Of a stretch of DNA of 64,000 bases, positions 1 through 12,699 are shown in pieces. Made by a program: the position numbers and the translations under genes. This DNA comes from Vicugna vicugna. Its lineage: Eukaryota. A model generated the notes under the pieces. The model was not told the origin of the DNA. It saw nothing but the letters and a program-made list of their open reading frames with translations, and did not search any database. The stretch lies in the NCBI GenBank assembly GCA_013265495.1, contig MU058387.1, forward strand, positions 620,001 to 684,000, read 5' to 3'. The stretch's first letter is position 1. Every line of letters starts with the position of its first letter.

Positions 1-934
1 TGGATGTTAATCATACAGCTCTGCTTTTCCCCAGTTCCTTTAAGTGAGGGGACTGTGTGATGTACACTTTTTTTCCCTTCTGTGCTGCCCTTTATTGCCT
101 GGTCCATAATGGATCTTTAGTAAATGTTTGATGACTGGCTAAACGAATGCAGTTACCCCTTCTTATCACTACCACGCCACTTTGGTTAAACAGCAGAATG
201 GAGAAGTGCCTCCAGGAAGTTTAGGGTAAGAAGTTAAGAATCACATCCCCCACCCCCACCCATTGTAACTGTCCTGGAACTCTTCTTAGGCGTGATTTGT
301 CTCACATTTTAGGGAGAAAAATGCCACCCTGGAGATTTTTTCCCTTTGATAAAATGCAGTTGGCAAGGCTGGACTAGAAGGGTGGGGCCCCGGGGAGAGG
401 AAGGACCACCCACAGGCAACAACACTCAGAGATTTTCATTCCGGCTTCAGCCCCTACAGCACCCACTTCAAGAATGTCTTTAAGTCTGGCAGTGATTCCT
501 CAGACAGTTACTAGAAAACATATGAAGGCTCCAGAAAATGTATTATTCCTCCTGCAAATACAGTCTCTGTGCATTTTCTAGAAAATTCTAGAGTACAAGG
601 GGGAGTTCAGGAGCGATTTTCTGCCTGTAGGAAGAATGTGGTGGGGGAAAAAGTGGGGGCTAAGCTGAATTCCCCACAAGTAATAAAAAAATTTTTAAAA
701 AAATGAAAAGCACAATTTCTTGCAAAAACATTATGTCATTGCCATGAACCAGGAAAATAGAGTCATGTGCTCCTCTCATGAATTGGAGCTCTTCCTAATT
801 ACTGAGCAACACAAAGGGTACTGCTGTCTGTGTGGGCAGCATACACATGAAGCCGACCCAGTAATTCTTAAAATGACTACTAATTATGCCACAGGCCACT
901 CATATATTGTGTATACTATTTGCCGGTCTTTGTT

Positions 935-1700
935 CTAAGAGCTTTACGCATACTGATTCCTAGCTCAGTAAGTTAAACATTAGTATACAGAAGACTTTTT
1001 TAGAGAAATCATCTAGTTCAGGTAGTTTTTAATGTTTATCATCGTATGGATGGCAAAACTAAGGTCCGGAGTGACACAGAAAAATTGGGGCACTGGAGGA
1101 TGGTCGTATCCCGGGTCTTGCGTGAGTCCCTAGGATGCGCCCTGCCAAGCGAGGGTCCTCGGCTTCACACAAGAAAGACTTCAGGAGCAAGCGACACGAG
1201 AGTGAAGGTAGATCCATTCAGAGGGATACACACTCCATAGATAGGGTGTGGACCGTCGCTGAAGGCAGAAGAGAGCCAGAGGCCCCGGGGTGCAGTGTGG
1301 CTGGTGACTTCATATACTAACAGGTAAGAGGCTCATTCCAATTCCTTTGGGGAAGAGGCTGGGATTCCCAGGAACGGGCCACCACTCACTTTTGGACCTT
1401 TTATGGCCAGCCTGGGAGCTGTCGTGGTGGCTGTGGGTGTGCATTTGCCATGCTAATATATTAGGATGAACGTAAAATGAAGCTTGAGGTCTCCTAGAAG
1501 TCAAATCTCCTGCCATCTTGGGCCTCAAGGTCTCCTGGGAGTCGAATCTTCAATTGCTGTGTCATTCTTTTAATGGTCATGCCCTGCCCCTTGCCTTCCT
1601 GTCTTAGGAGTAGTTAAAGCTCTGTCTCAAGGTCACGCTGCTGGAAACTGAGAGAGCCAAAAATTCAGGGCAGCCATCTGGAACCAGCATCACTGGGTTC
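935..1700 (-). mobile_element. MIR SINE, split by the LTR at 1072-1606
   Basis: Left part (gatggcaaaactaaggtccggag) and right part (tagttaaagctctgtctcaaggtcacgctgctggaaactgagagagcc) join into the reverse-complement MIR core. Confidence 0.75.
1072..1606 (-). mobile_element. ERV1-class solo LTR (~535 bp)
   Basis: Plus-strand termini TG...TA (CA mutated); perfect 4-bp TSD GGAG at 1068-1071 and 1607-1610; interrupts a MIR; resembles laurasiatherian ERV1 LTRs from memory. Confidence 0.85.
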
Positions 1701-2034
1701 CAAAGGGCTCTATTGGGGTGGGGCTTCCAGCCCTGAATAGACTCTTTCTTCTCCCACAGTCCCCCTCATGAGGCTGAATCTCAAATTCTGCAACCCTGTG
1801 TGGACACAATTTTTATTCTCATCCATTAACGTGTTACTCTTAGTGAATGGAGGTACCTGACTACGGTTATATACAAAATTATATATAATTAAATTTACAA
1901 GCGGAGAAGCTTCATGTAAATTGACCCAAGGCAAGGCCGTCTTATCCCAGTGTGAAGTCATGACGTGCGTGACAGCCTCTCCCCGTGTCTCTGTCAGGCT
2001 CTAGTCTTAAGAAGAGAAAAGGACTCCATCTGGG

Positions 2035-2145
2035 TATCCATCCATCAGCTATGTCGTGCCCACTGTGTGTCTAGTGCTATCTCAGGGGCTGGGCAGAGAG
2101 AGTGACGGACGCCTAGAGGCCTGCCCCAGGGGTGTCCGGTGTCAC
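2035..2145 (-). mobile_element. L2 3' fragment
   Basis: atccatccatcagc...gtgcccactgtgtgtctagtgcta resembles the reverse-complement L2 3' end. Confidence 0.5.
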
Positions 2146-3469
2146 AAGAGTCCATTTTTGTTTCTAGACTGAACTATATTTTTCACTGATTGCCATTATT
2201 GTCCCTGTGTTTATTTTCGATTGCTCTTCTACGTTTCTTGTTTCCCTTGGCTTTGGAAACACAAGCCATAAATAACACAGAAGAAATGAAAAAGAAAGTG
2301 ATGAAGAATTGGGCAAACATGAGCATTAGAAAGTAATGGTGAGAAAAGGAAAGAAAGTAATTATGTATAAAAATTAACTAATTGCAAATAGAGGGAATGT
2401 TTGGAGGAAGCTAAAATTGGTTGAAGAATGAGAGAGAACACTGGGGTCACACACGGGCCAGCCAGGTCTCAGTGGGGATGGGTGTTTGCCCTGGCGCCCA
2501 GCTCCTGTTTAGAAGATAAAGCATGCACCTGGTGACCCCTGGAGAAATGGGAAAGGGGGACAATGTCCTTAGCACCTGGGCCAGGTGAGGGCTGGGTTAT
2601 TTATTTAGTCCAGTAACTGGATGTAACTTAACCAGGACAAAAATATCAGTTAAAAAAAAAATTCTCTTAAGAGAAGCCAGCCTTACACTTTGAGAAATGT
2701 GATCATGCATCAAATACACGAGGGGAGGGAAATCAAGGGAAGTTGAGAAAGCAGAGATCCTTGCAGGAGCGAGCGCTGGAAACAGAACAGCATTAAATTA
2801 AAGAAAATTGTCCCTCCAAGTGGGTCGGCTTGTTTGTTGTAAACAGTGAGGATGCGAAGGATTAGACAATGGCCATGTGGATTTAGGGAAAAGAACAAGA
2901 AACATTGGAGGAGAGCAAGGAAACTGAATCCTCAGAGCAAAGGTCAGGTCGGATTGGAGAGGGAGATATTTATAAAGGAAGAGAAAAGCGTGCACATTGT
3001 GGAGGCTCAAAATCAATTAAATGTTTGAGCTGCGTATTCAAATGAAAACAAACAAAATGTCAGAGTTCTGTTGCCTGGATCGGCTTTGGAAGCCTCGAAT
3101 TGAAAGTGTGCAAGTTCTGCATCCAATTACTGCTCAGAAGTCTCTTTGACCTTCAAAGCAAACAGGACATTTTGCAGAGATCCGGACTGCGGCGAGGAGA
3201 GGCTCCTGGGCGTTCCATCTGATGTCGCACTGGATGTGCAGCTGTACGATGCCCTCTGTCAAACAAATGAGCCAGCTGCATCCGTGTCCTCCAAAATCTG
3301 GAGTCCTGTCCCATCAGAAGCCTTGGGAAAATCACACCCAAAATTGAGCTCATTTTCAGTGAAAATAGAATTCAGCCTAGAAGAAAAAGCCCCTTGCCTT
3401 TTATTTTAGAGACCCAGATAAATTAAATCGTGGACCACTCCGTAGTGGACGAGTATTTCAGATGTGGGT

Positions 3470-3575
3470 GATGAGAACAAAGGAAGAAGAGGAGAGGAGA
3501 AGAGGCAAAAGAGAAGAAAGAGGAGGAAAGTGGATAATGAGGGAGGGGAGAGGAGGTGGAGAGGAAAGAGAAGAT
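3470..3575. repeat. Purine-rich (GA) low-complexity tract
   Basis: About 100 bp composed almost entirely of A and G. Confidence 0.8.
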
Positions 3576-3584
3576 TCTGAGGAC

Positions 3585-3780
3585 ACTTGCTTCTTCTGCT
3601 AAGATGTTTTACATATATTATCACGTTGAGCCTCACAACTTCCCTGGGAGGTAGGTTCTATAATTACAAGAGGAAAGCAAGGCTTTGAGAAGTCATGCTA
3701 GTTGCCCGGAGTCTCATAGTTGGCAAGAGTGAGAGCCAGACCTCCCACTCAAGTCAATCTGCCACCGAATCCTATGCTTG
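3585..3780 (-). mobile_element. MIR SINE
   Basis: ttttacatatattatcacgttgagcctcacaacttccctgggaggtagg...gttgcccggagtctcatag follows the reverse-complement MIR. Confidence 0.8.
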
Positions 3781-5144
3781 CAAGATAGGCTCAAAGACCA
3801 GGAGAATTTTCACTTTTGTCCCAATAGCCTAAGACAAAAATGTGGTTACCTAACATTGAGCATACCGGTGCTCCCAGAACAGAGGCTTTCTCAGTGGAGG
3901 AAAGTTTAGAATAATACATTTTAACCAGGTATTTCAAACTCTTTATTGGAATAAAGTGAATTATGATTTAAAAAAAAAGAGTCCTCTTTTTCTCCAACTC
4001 TACCCAATTGTCTACTTAAAAGTGATACGATTCTTTGAATTCTAACACAAAGAGGTGAGAAATGTATAAATAAGCCCTTGAGGAAGTAAGAAAGGGAAGA
4101 AGGAAGGGATTTGGGGGGATGGGGGTGGGGAGAGATCACCTACTAGCTTAAAACTGAAAACAGAAAGGACTGCATTTCCAGTGGCTTCCAAGACAGGACT
4201 CTCTGTTTCCCACTATTTGAGAATGATTAATGAATTGACCTCCTGTGGGCCACTTTGAAAACATCCCAAATGTGCTTAGTTTGGCAGACTGGTAAAGAAG
4301 AACTATTCACACAGAACAAAAAAGGCTGCTGTTTGCCAGTAGCTATTGACTCGTGGCTGTATCAACACTTGTGCTGTTAACAATAATCTTATCCAAGAGT
4401 CTATTCTTGTAGAACCTCGGGGGTTGAAGAAATACTTTATTGGCAGCATCCCTAAGCCCGTACGTAGCAATATGTTTTGACAGAATGGAGCCACACAATT
4501 CTCACCTAGTCTTGGGATGACTTGCTTATGAGATAGTCTGGGGCTGACAATAAAAAGCGTATCCACCTCACTTCTCCAAAGAAATAGCTTTTACACTCAA
4601 ACTCTGATGCTCCGATTTCTTTCAAATTTATCAGCACTCACAGAGTCTCTAAACTTATACCTGCTAGGCTTCTGATCCAAGCCTTTTTTAACCCGTGCTT
4701 ACAAGAGCACTTGACAATATCGATGTGGTCTCAAGATTACATCTATTTTGCGATCAACTGTTGAAATGCTTCCTCTGGTTGTCCTACGCTGGCTCTTAGT
4801 TTGGGGAGAAACTACAAACCTCTCCTGAAATTGAACGCTTTTTTGGTCCGGAAACAATGTCCAGAGCTAGAAAAGAGAAAATCGAGGGTAGGGGCAGATG
4901 AAATTGGTAATAGAAAGTGGAAAAAATGGCCCAGAGCACAGGTGGAAAGGTCTACTGGGAATGAATCATTTCTGTCTACTGGGTCCACCGGGCAGTGTGT
5001 AACGACCAGAGGGTAAGGGTTATGAACAGGCAGCAGTGGGTCCTTGGCAACAAGTTGTTACATGACTTGGCAACTTGGTCACTCTGTCTTGTGATCTGGC
5101 TCTCTGGTTCCAAGAGCTACTTCTTGGGACTTGTGCGTCTTTTG

Positions 5145-5490
5145 TCCTACACATTTGTGCAACAAATATCCACCAAACACTGGTCACCTGCTGACAACCC
5201 TGCTTGTGGTGGGAGCCACAAAACACAATGGGACAAGTTTCCTGGAGAGACTAGCAGGGTATGATGACTGATGTAAGAAGGGTGTACAGATGGGGCTGTG
5301 GGAACAAAGACATGGTATATCTGAGAGGGTGAGGCACTTCAGCTGTGTTTTCAAAGATGACTAGGATACAGAGAAGACACCTACAGACACGAAGGAGGAG
5401 CAGTAAGGTCGGAATTGTAAGAGATGTTTAGTGACAGCTAAGTGGTTCGGCAGAATTGGAGCAAAGCTGTAGGGTTTAGTCATGAGGAGC
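5145..5490 (-). mobile_element. L2 fragment
   Basis: catttgtgcaacaaatatccaccaaacac followed by an L2-like purine-rich body. Confidence 0.55.
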
Positions 5491-6224
5491 GATCTAATCA
5501 CGTGGTGTGTTGAAAGGAGGCTGGGAAGGGAGCTCAGAAGTTTCCAGATTTAAAAAGCTGTTCCTTACGGCTATCTGGCCTTAGGCATATTACTTGTACT
5601 TAATCATCCTTTCAGCTAATATTGACTACTTACGTACCACAGAGCAGTGCTGACTGATGACATGGTGAGAAGGAGGGAAGGAGGATCAATGAGATAATAT
5701 AAGAAAGATGACTTCCTGAGTCTCCCACGCAAGAGGGGTGCTGAACTTTATAAATTATGGTGGCCAGTATGATGGCGGTGGCCGCTGTCTTCCCATTTAC
5801 AGGTGGTTGGGTGGCGATGGCTGCAGTAAAGTTCTGACAGATAGATGCCTTCTAGAAGCCTTGTTTTCATGACCTCACTGTCATGAATGTAGCTCCTCCT
5901 CATGGTCACATCGAAGAGAAAAGAGGTGCAAGCGTAGGGTCACCATGTTGGCGTCTGGTCTTTGCCCCGCCACATTAACTGCCTTAGAAAAAGCGTTGAA
6001 TTTCCACACCTGTTTGTTTGTCAACTTTGCTAGGAAGTGGCCTGCATATGATTATCTTTAAGGTTAATTCAGCTCATGATTACTTAGTTCATCAAAGAAG
6101 AACCCATGAATTCACTTCTGTTTAATTCGCAAACTTTTTCTGAACATTGAAACTGACTATAGCCCCCAGGGAGATGTTCAGAAGATGAAGTGAATAAATA
6201 ATGGGAAAATGTCTGGTGGAAAAT

Positions 6225-6440
6225 TAACAGTTGCTAAAGTCTGCTGAGCCTTTACCAAGTGTTAAAATCTTCCCCTGTTTTGTCCTTTTGAAAAATCCGC
6301 ATTATAATCACATGACGTAGTTGCTATGATCTTCACTTTACAAATGAAATACTCGAGGCACAGAGAGGTTAGGTGATTTGTCCAAAGTGGCAGAGCTCAT
6401 AAAAGAACCATACTCCACCGCAGGTGATCTGGGTCCACCC
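6225..6440 (-). mobile_element. MIR SINE
   Basis: cactttacaaatgaaatactcgaggcacagagaggttaggtgatttgtccaaagt matches the MIR core. Confidence 0.8.
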
Positions 6441-6469
6441 TGGCTCATGCATGTTCTAGAAGCAAGGAG

Positions 6470-7350
6470 CAGCTTGACATGGTGGAAGCATGAGGTGGGA
6501 AAGAGGAAACTAAAAGAAGAGGAGGATGAACCCAGCTTATAAGGGGCTGGAATACTGCGCTGAGGAAGAAAGGCATTCGAATATAGTCAAGGAAATAGTT
6601 TGGGTATCAGAGAAACTACAATAAAATAATTATGACAAGTGACAGCCAAGGGGCGCTCTCATGGCTAAGGAGACAGAGAAACAACAGAGAATGGTGGGGA
6701 CTGGGGTGAATGACAGACCTGGCTCCTAAGGGGTGATGTGGAGAGAGCCAACCAGCCCGGCGTGAGAAATGTCTACCCACTGTTGCCAGTTGCTCTTTGT
6801 CATGAAACAGTAAATATCAGAAGTTAATTCTCCAAATAATTAAATGTTAACCCATATGTATCTTTAAAACACCATGGACCAAACAAAACGTGCCTTCTGG
6901 CCAGATGCAGCTGCGGGCACCAGATTGCAATTGGGAGACATCTGTGCTTTTAAAAATGGTCCATTTATTTATTTTTTTTAATTTTGAACCTGGGAAGCAG
7001 TGTAAGCACATTAGCATTTAAGAAAGATAAATCCAGTGGAAGTATAGAAAATGGAGGAGGGAAGGCCAGTTAGAAGATTATTGCAGCAGGGAAAAGATGA
7101 CAAGGGCTGGGGCTCGAGGCAGAAAGTGGAACAAGGCATGAAAAAGTTTTCAGAGGGTAATTGATCCGTTCAATGTGGCTGGTGACAAGAAAGAAGCTGC
7201 TGAGGATAATCCAGGACTGTCTGGCTTTGGCGATTAGAGGAAAGGTAATGTATTGATGGAGGCAAGAAACATAAAAGGAAGAGCGTGTTTCTGGAGGAAA
7301 ATAGTGAGTTCAATTTGAGAAGTGTTGAAATAGAGTTTAGGAAGCATTCA
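6470..7350 (-). mobile_element. Degraded L2 with an embedded hAT-Charlie-like (MER) fragment at ~6750-6930
   Basis: L2-like ggaaggccagttagaagattattgcag and gtgagttcaatttgagaagtgttgaa; caaacaaaacgtgccttctggccagatgcagctgcgggcaccagattgc resembles a Charlie-family end. Confidence 0.55.
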
Positions 7351-7632
7351 AATAGTATCGAGCTCTCCTCGGCTTTTCTTTGTAAAGAATAATCATTCCT
7401 TAGATTAAGTCAGATCTGATCCACTGATCACAATTGCTTCTTTGAAAACACTAAGAATTTCTAGAATTGCTATAAACTTTATTCTTGTGAGATGTGAGCA
7501 CAAAATCAATTATTGACAAGAATTAGCAGCTGAACTGTAAACAGGATTCTTTTTAAAGTATTTGCTCAATTTTCCTTTACATTTTTATTTACTCTCTTGC
7601 GTGCAGACACATATATAGATGTACAAAGATAC

Positions 7633-7850
7633 ATTTATTCACTCAATAAACATTTTATTTATCCTACATGAAAAACATTGCTCCAGCTAATGCCAAGAAA
7701 TTCAGTGGGAAATGATACAGTTCCTGGCTCAAAGCAACTCACAATCTGAAGATGGGTGTGAAAATAATTGGAATATGAAGCAAAAATTGCCAAAGGAGGG
7801 GAAAGTAAATGTAATTGGAGGACTCTGAAAGATATAAAGTCGAGGAGTAA
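7633..7850 (-). mobile_element. L2 3' end
   Basis: atttattcactcaataaacattttatt...ttcctggctcaaagcaactcacaatct. Confidence 0.65.
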
Positions 7851-8574
7851 CAAAGTCTTGTTACACAAAGACCTTCTTTCTCCTATCTTTCTACCCTGCA
7901 GAGATATGTCTTGTTGACTCGGCTAACCTAAACCCACAAGGTTTCTCTGAATCTCCAAACGTTTACCCTTTAGCCTGGTTCCTTTTTAAGAAGCAGCTCC
8001 AGCTTCTGAGCACTAAAACTAGAAGTTATTCTGAAGTTAATATTTAAACAATATCAAGTCCTATTTTAAAGAACAGCATTTTCGTTCTCTAAGGTAAATG
8101 TGTTAGGAACTCTTTATTTTTTCCCAGATCTTTAATTTGGGTGTGACTCATGCAGTTTGTTCTTCAAGCCTACTCTGTCTCTCCTTCTGACGGAGGCACA
8201 GGAGTTCTAACACCCTCACAGATGTTACCAGGGTGGTGGAGATGTTTACACTTTAAATTGCATTATAAGAGGCTGCAGCTAACTTAATATTCCTCCAGGA
8301 CTATTTTGGTCTCCTTTTATACCATATCATTTATAGAACTCAGAGTGCACGAGGCCTCTCCAGGAGCACGTGTTTTTTGTCACTTTTCATTCTTTTGCTG
8401 AGATCGGACCGACACTAACTGGGAAGACAGTAATGGGATGAGAGTGTCAGCAGGGGGACTCTTGTCACTTCATCTTGCCTTTAGGTTGCACAGAGGACGC
8501 TCACCCTTCTGCTGTGTAGAGCACCATGCTCGGGAGTTGCCAGTGTCCTAATAAAGTGGAAAGATGGGATGTTT

Positions 8575-8715
8575 TGCTCCACGAGAGAAGCAAATACTTT
8601 TTAACAGATGAGGATACAAAGGCCATTGAGGTGACCCTCCCAAGTTCACACAATTTGTGGATAAAGGAATTCAAGTCAAACACCATGGCTTCTGATTTAA
8701 AGTTCAGTGATCTTT
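8575..8715 (-). mobile_element. MIR SINE
   Basis: ttttaacagatgaggatacaaaggccattgaggtgaccctcccaagttcacaca. Confidence 0.7.
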
Positions 8716-8889
8716 TCTTATTCCTTTTCTTCCACTGTTTTATTAAATATACCAATATTAATCCATAAATCCCCCATAAAATTCCTATGATGGGATCAAC
8801 TTCAACTGCCTAATAGTGTGAGGAGCCCCACTGACCCACGCCCCAAGGAAGCTAATGAAAACTGTTTCTAAAAGTGTCGATTTAAAGCC

Positions 8890-9025
8890 CAATGATGCAG
8901 GTATCATTCTTATCATTTTCATTGTTCTAAATGAGGAACTGAGGCACAGAGAAGTTAAATAACTTGCCCAAAGTCATGTGTAAAAGCTGAGATTTGAGCC
9001 TCATTGGTTGGTTCTAGAGCACATC
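8890..9025 (-). mobile_element. MIR SINE
   Basis: aatgaggaactgaggcacagagaagttaaataacttgcccaaagtca is a near-consensus MIR core. Confidence 0.85.
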
Positions 9026-9104
9026 CTTGGTGGAGATGAGAAACATAGTTTAAATTATTTCATTCCAAAGGAAAAAGGGTATAATGGAGATATGATTGCT
9101 CTCA

Positions 9105-9270
9105 GGCTTAGGAGTCATTCAGAGAAAAGTGTTCAGTCCTTGCTTTCTTTTTCATCAGCAGTGTCATCCTGGGCAACAAACAAAATCTGAGTCTCAGTTG
9201 ACTTGTTAAAATGATGGAGATGATACACTCTCCCTCCCTGGACTGTTGGAAGAGCTGAAGAGGACACGAG
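9105..9270 (+). mobile_element. MIR SINE (degraded)
   Basis: gcagtgtcatcctgggcaacaaacaaaatctgagtctcagtt...gttaaaatg. Confidence 0.55.
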
Positions 9271-9329
9271 CTTCCAAACAGGATGGTACGTAACTCCTGA
9301 GACGTGGCAACGCTGAACTCTCCACCCCC

Positions 9330-9394
9330 TTTTTTTAAATTGTAGTCAGTTACAATGTGTCAGTTTCTGGTGTACAGCATAGTGTTTTAGTCAT
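9330..9394 (-). mobile_element. Very short L1 3'-end insertion
   Basis: Poly-T followed by gtagtcagttacaatgtgtcagtttctggtgtacagcatagtg; closely related to the copy at 50625-50842; possible decayed TSD ctccaccccctt / ctccgtctctt. Confidence 0.8.
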
Positions 9395-9559
9395 CCTCCG
9401 TCTCTTAATCTCTTCTCTTGTCCTTCCTTCTAAAGGTTAAAATAGATTTTTACGAAGTTGAGAAAGCTCATAAAATGAAGATTTTAGGTATATGATAAGG
9501 ATTTGAAATTGAAGAGTCAGGATCTCTCCAACTTAGTATGTCAATGTTAGCATGACAGA

Positions 9560-10540
9560 AATTGGCTACCAAAAGAAAACGGAACAGCCAAATTCAGATT
9601 TTCAGAATACCCTGTTAATGACCTCTGTCACAGCTCATGAGGTCCTCACACAGAAGGAGGAGAGTGGGCAAGCAGAGAACTTGTGGAAGAGATTGTATCT
9701 TTATTTTTTGAAATAAAGAGAGATTCTGGAAGGGGTCTTCCCTCTTCTGCTCAAGCCAGGGAGAGAGGAGTCTGACATAGCCCTTGGAGAGCTGCAGATC
9801 TCTCCCTTAGAGTAGGGGACACCTCAGTACTTGGGGGGTCTGACCTTTATCCTAAGAATCAAGGGGATATAAGGGGCAGGCAAAAAAAGAAGTGGCTGCA
9901 GGAATCAGGGATGCACTTGTATTCCAAGAGTTTGTCAAAGTAATGTCTGTGTGAGTACTGCCCGTGGACCAGATGTGGGAGAGAGAGCTTCCTGGAGCTG
10001 TTTTCCATTCATGCCCTGGAAGATTCCTCTGAGATTGATGGGTCTCCAACAGGGAGAGGTCTAGATGGAAGGGGCTCTGGGAGATCAGTGGCTAAAAGGA
10101 GAAATCACAGATACTCATGAATGGAGTGCCGTAAGAGCTTCACAGAGGAAAAAGAAAAGTGTCAATTTTACACATCTCACAGGACAGAGCACAGAAAGTC
10201 ATCGAAAGAACTTGAAAGCAAGAATTTTTTTTTCCCCTTTCCCTTCTCTCCCTGCCCTTGGACCCTATGAGTAGAGGGGAAAATGTCAGAAAAGCAAAGA
10301 TGGCAGCAGCTACTTAGGGGGAGGAAAGAAGAATTTCTTTAGGGTGAAAATGGAAGAAATGACTAATATCTAGAATTGACTGCTTAAAGTTCTGAACTGC
10401 TAGATTGTTGGGGCTTTTTGCTTCTGTTTTTACTTTAGAGTAACCCTAGGGCTATTTGTTTCCCAGAATGAGTAGAATAATCTCATCTCCTGACTTTTGT
10501 TATATAGATGTCAATAAATAAATCATACTTAAATAAATTT
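9560..10540 (+). mobile_element. Possible ancient LTR (MamGypLTR-like)
   Basis: Purine-rich stretch whose 3' part (aaagttctgaactgctagattg...tagagtaaccctagggctatttgtttcccagaatgag...aataaa) recalls mammalian Gypsy LTRs; no TSD found. Confidence 0.35.
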
Positions 10541-11009
10541 CAAGGAGAAAAAGTGAGACAAATACAATTATGTTTTGATCAGATCTCAAAAATTATGGTC
10601 ATTCAGTAAGTCAGGTTAATATACTCAAATATAAATATATGCTTTCTACTCTTTACAGTTAATAACTGTTCGTTAGAAGAAATAACTTAGATTTATTCAA
10701 TAACAAAATAACATTTTTCTTCCCTCTTTTTTTCCCCCAGCCAATATACATTTTTATATTAGCAGACAGAGTTTAAGTTTGGAGGAGTACTTTTTAATTG
10801 TCTCAATATCTGAAATACAAATACTTCAGCACGTATGTGCTCTAGCTCATTATTTAGTAGATAATATTGGTAGTAGTGATGGAGTCACTCTAACATGCTT
10901 GATCACTTAGTGTTGGACATGTGGGAGAAATATCTCAAGACCATGCATAGCTTATATTCCAAGAATTGTTATGATTTGGTCCGTATAAATATGATCTAAC
11001 AAATGAAAA

Positions 11010-11176
11010 CCATGGTATCTTAGTAGAAGAACAGACTACAAGTAATAAAACTTAAGCTCCCACCTCTGACCAGTCGGTAGCTACTTTTGTGACCCTGGAT
11101 TGATATTAAAACTATTTCTATGTCTCAGTTTTCCCCTGTGTAAATTGGAATTGATGGTAATCTACCTACCTCAAAG

Positions 11177-11177
<1 letters not shown>
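11010..11177 (+). mobile_element. MIR SINE
   Basis: ttgtgaccctggattgatattaaaactatttctatgtctcagttttcccctgtgtaaattgg. Confidence 0.8.

Positions 11178-11213
<36 letters not shown>
11178..11213. repeat. (TG)18 microsatellite
   Basis: Perfect dinucleotide run. Confidence 0.97.
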
Positions 11214-11216
<3 letters not shown>

Positions 11217-11614
11217 AAGCAGATTAGCTTTATCTACGACCAGCGAAGACATGCTGGGAATGACACAGAAATGTGTCAGAAAGAAAGAGGTTAATCTCTT
11301 TTATATGCTTTTCACTGGGGCCAATATGAAGGACAGCCTAAGTTTTGCTGGAAACAAAGATATCATCTACATATTAACGGCAGTTGGAAAAATTGTTTTA
11401 TATTTAGATAATAGTATCCAAGGGCACCAGTTAAAGAAACAATAAAACAGCCAAAACACAGGCGATCTTTTTAGTTTTTGGTGGTAAAATAGACAAAGTA
11501 ATCATAGAGCGAATTTTCTCAGGAATAAGTCTTTTTTAGAGGTGATTCTTTCCCCCCTGGAACTGCTTTGCTGCATAAATAAATAAATAAAATGAAATAA
11601 AATAAAGAGGTTTT

Positions 11615-11770
11615 CATGGAAAACCTATCCTATTCTGAAATCCTGGATCTGGTTAAAATACAGATTCTGATTCAGCAAGTCTGGGATAGGACTTACAGTC
11701 CTGCACTTACAGCAAGTCTCCAGGTGATCAGGTGTTGATCCGTGGACCATTCTCTGAGTAGCAGAATTTA
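11615..11770. mobile_element. MER5-type hAT-Charlie element
   Basis: gttaaaatacagattctgattcagcaagtctggga...ctccaggtgat...ccgtggaccattctctgagtagca. Confidence 0.85.
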
Positions 11771-11789
11771 AGATTCGGCATTTTCATGC

Positions 11790-12330
11790 TCAGTCCATGC
11801 CTGAGAAAAACTCTTGCGCACAGACACCAGGAGACTGATACACAAATAAATATTCCTAGCAATATTTTGTGGAAATAAATAAATGTCAATCATCAAAATA
11901 ACAGATCAATCAAGTTTTTGATATATTCACCATTAGAAAAGTAAGCAGAAGTGAAAAATAATGTTACAGTAATAACAATATAAAAGTACCTTGGAAACAT
12001 AGTATAGAGCAAAATGAACAGTAAGTCTACATATAGAGTAACATTTATGAAGGATAAACAGTAATAAAACTAGACAGTTTATTGTATTAGAGAGATAATA
12101 AAACAGGATTTAAACAATGGGAAGTAATAAGTAGAAAATTCAATACAGGGTCTGTAATACATTCTGTGTCTGCTGAATATGAGATCTGTAAAGTTCTGTC
12201 ACTCAAATTAGGACTTGAGTTCACAGCTGTATGTTTAATTACTCTGTTTATATCTGATATAATGCCTATTTTCCTTCACATATATTATGTAATAAAAGAA
12301 ATTTACAAAATGTCTAGAAAGAAACAACCA
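11790..12330 (+). mobile_element. Old L1 (L1ME-like) 3' fragment
   Basis: gagaaaaactcttgcgcacagacaccaggagac...aaatgtcaatca...gatatattcacc; A-rich. Confidence 0.6.
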
Positions 12331-12699
12331 AAACTGGGAAGGAAGAAGAGAAAAGGGGAGTAAACTGAAACGAGAATGTACTTTTCACATCTTGTATTTT
12401 TCAATAGTTTGATTTCTTTCATCAAACCTGCATTGTGATGTAATAAAAAGAGAGCGCAGTACATGAGCAGACCCGAGTGCCTCTAAGTGTGGCGGGCAGG
12501 CTGAGTTCACCCGGAAAGGCACATCTTTTTACACGAGAAGCTTCCGATTAGAAGCCCGGGCACTGCATGACACATGCAGATGTCTTTCCGCTGGCGTCAT
12601 GATTTTTTTTTTTAAATTAGAAGCAGTTTTTCTAATGGGAAATCTGACACACAAAATATTTGGATTGCTAGCTGTCTTGACTAGTCAATCAGACCCTGG

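Noticed and set aside
3146..3409. Possible exon after ttttgcag (RDPDCGEERLLGV...)
   Set aside because: Weak polypyrimidine tract, no good donor site, and no recognisable protein.
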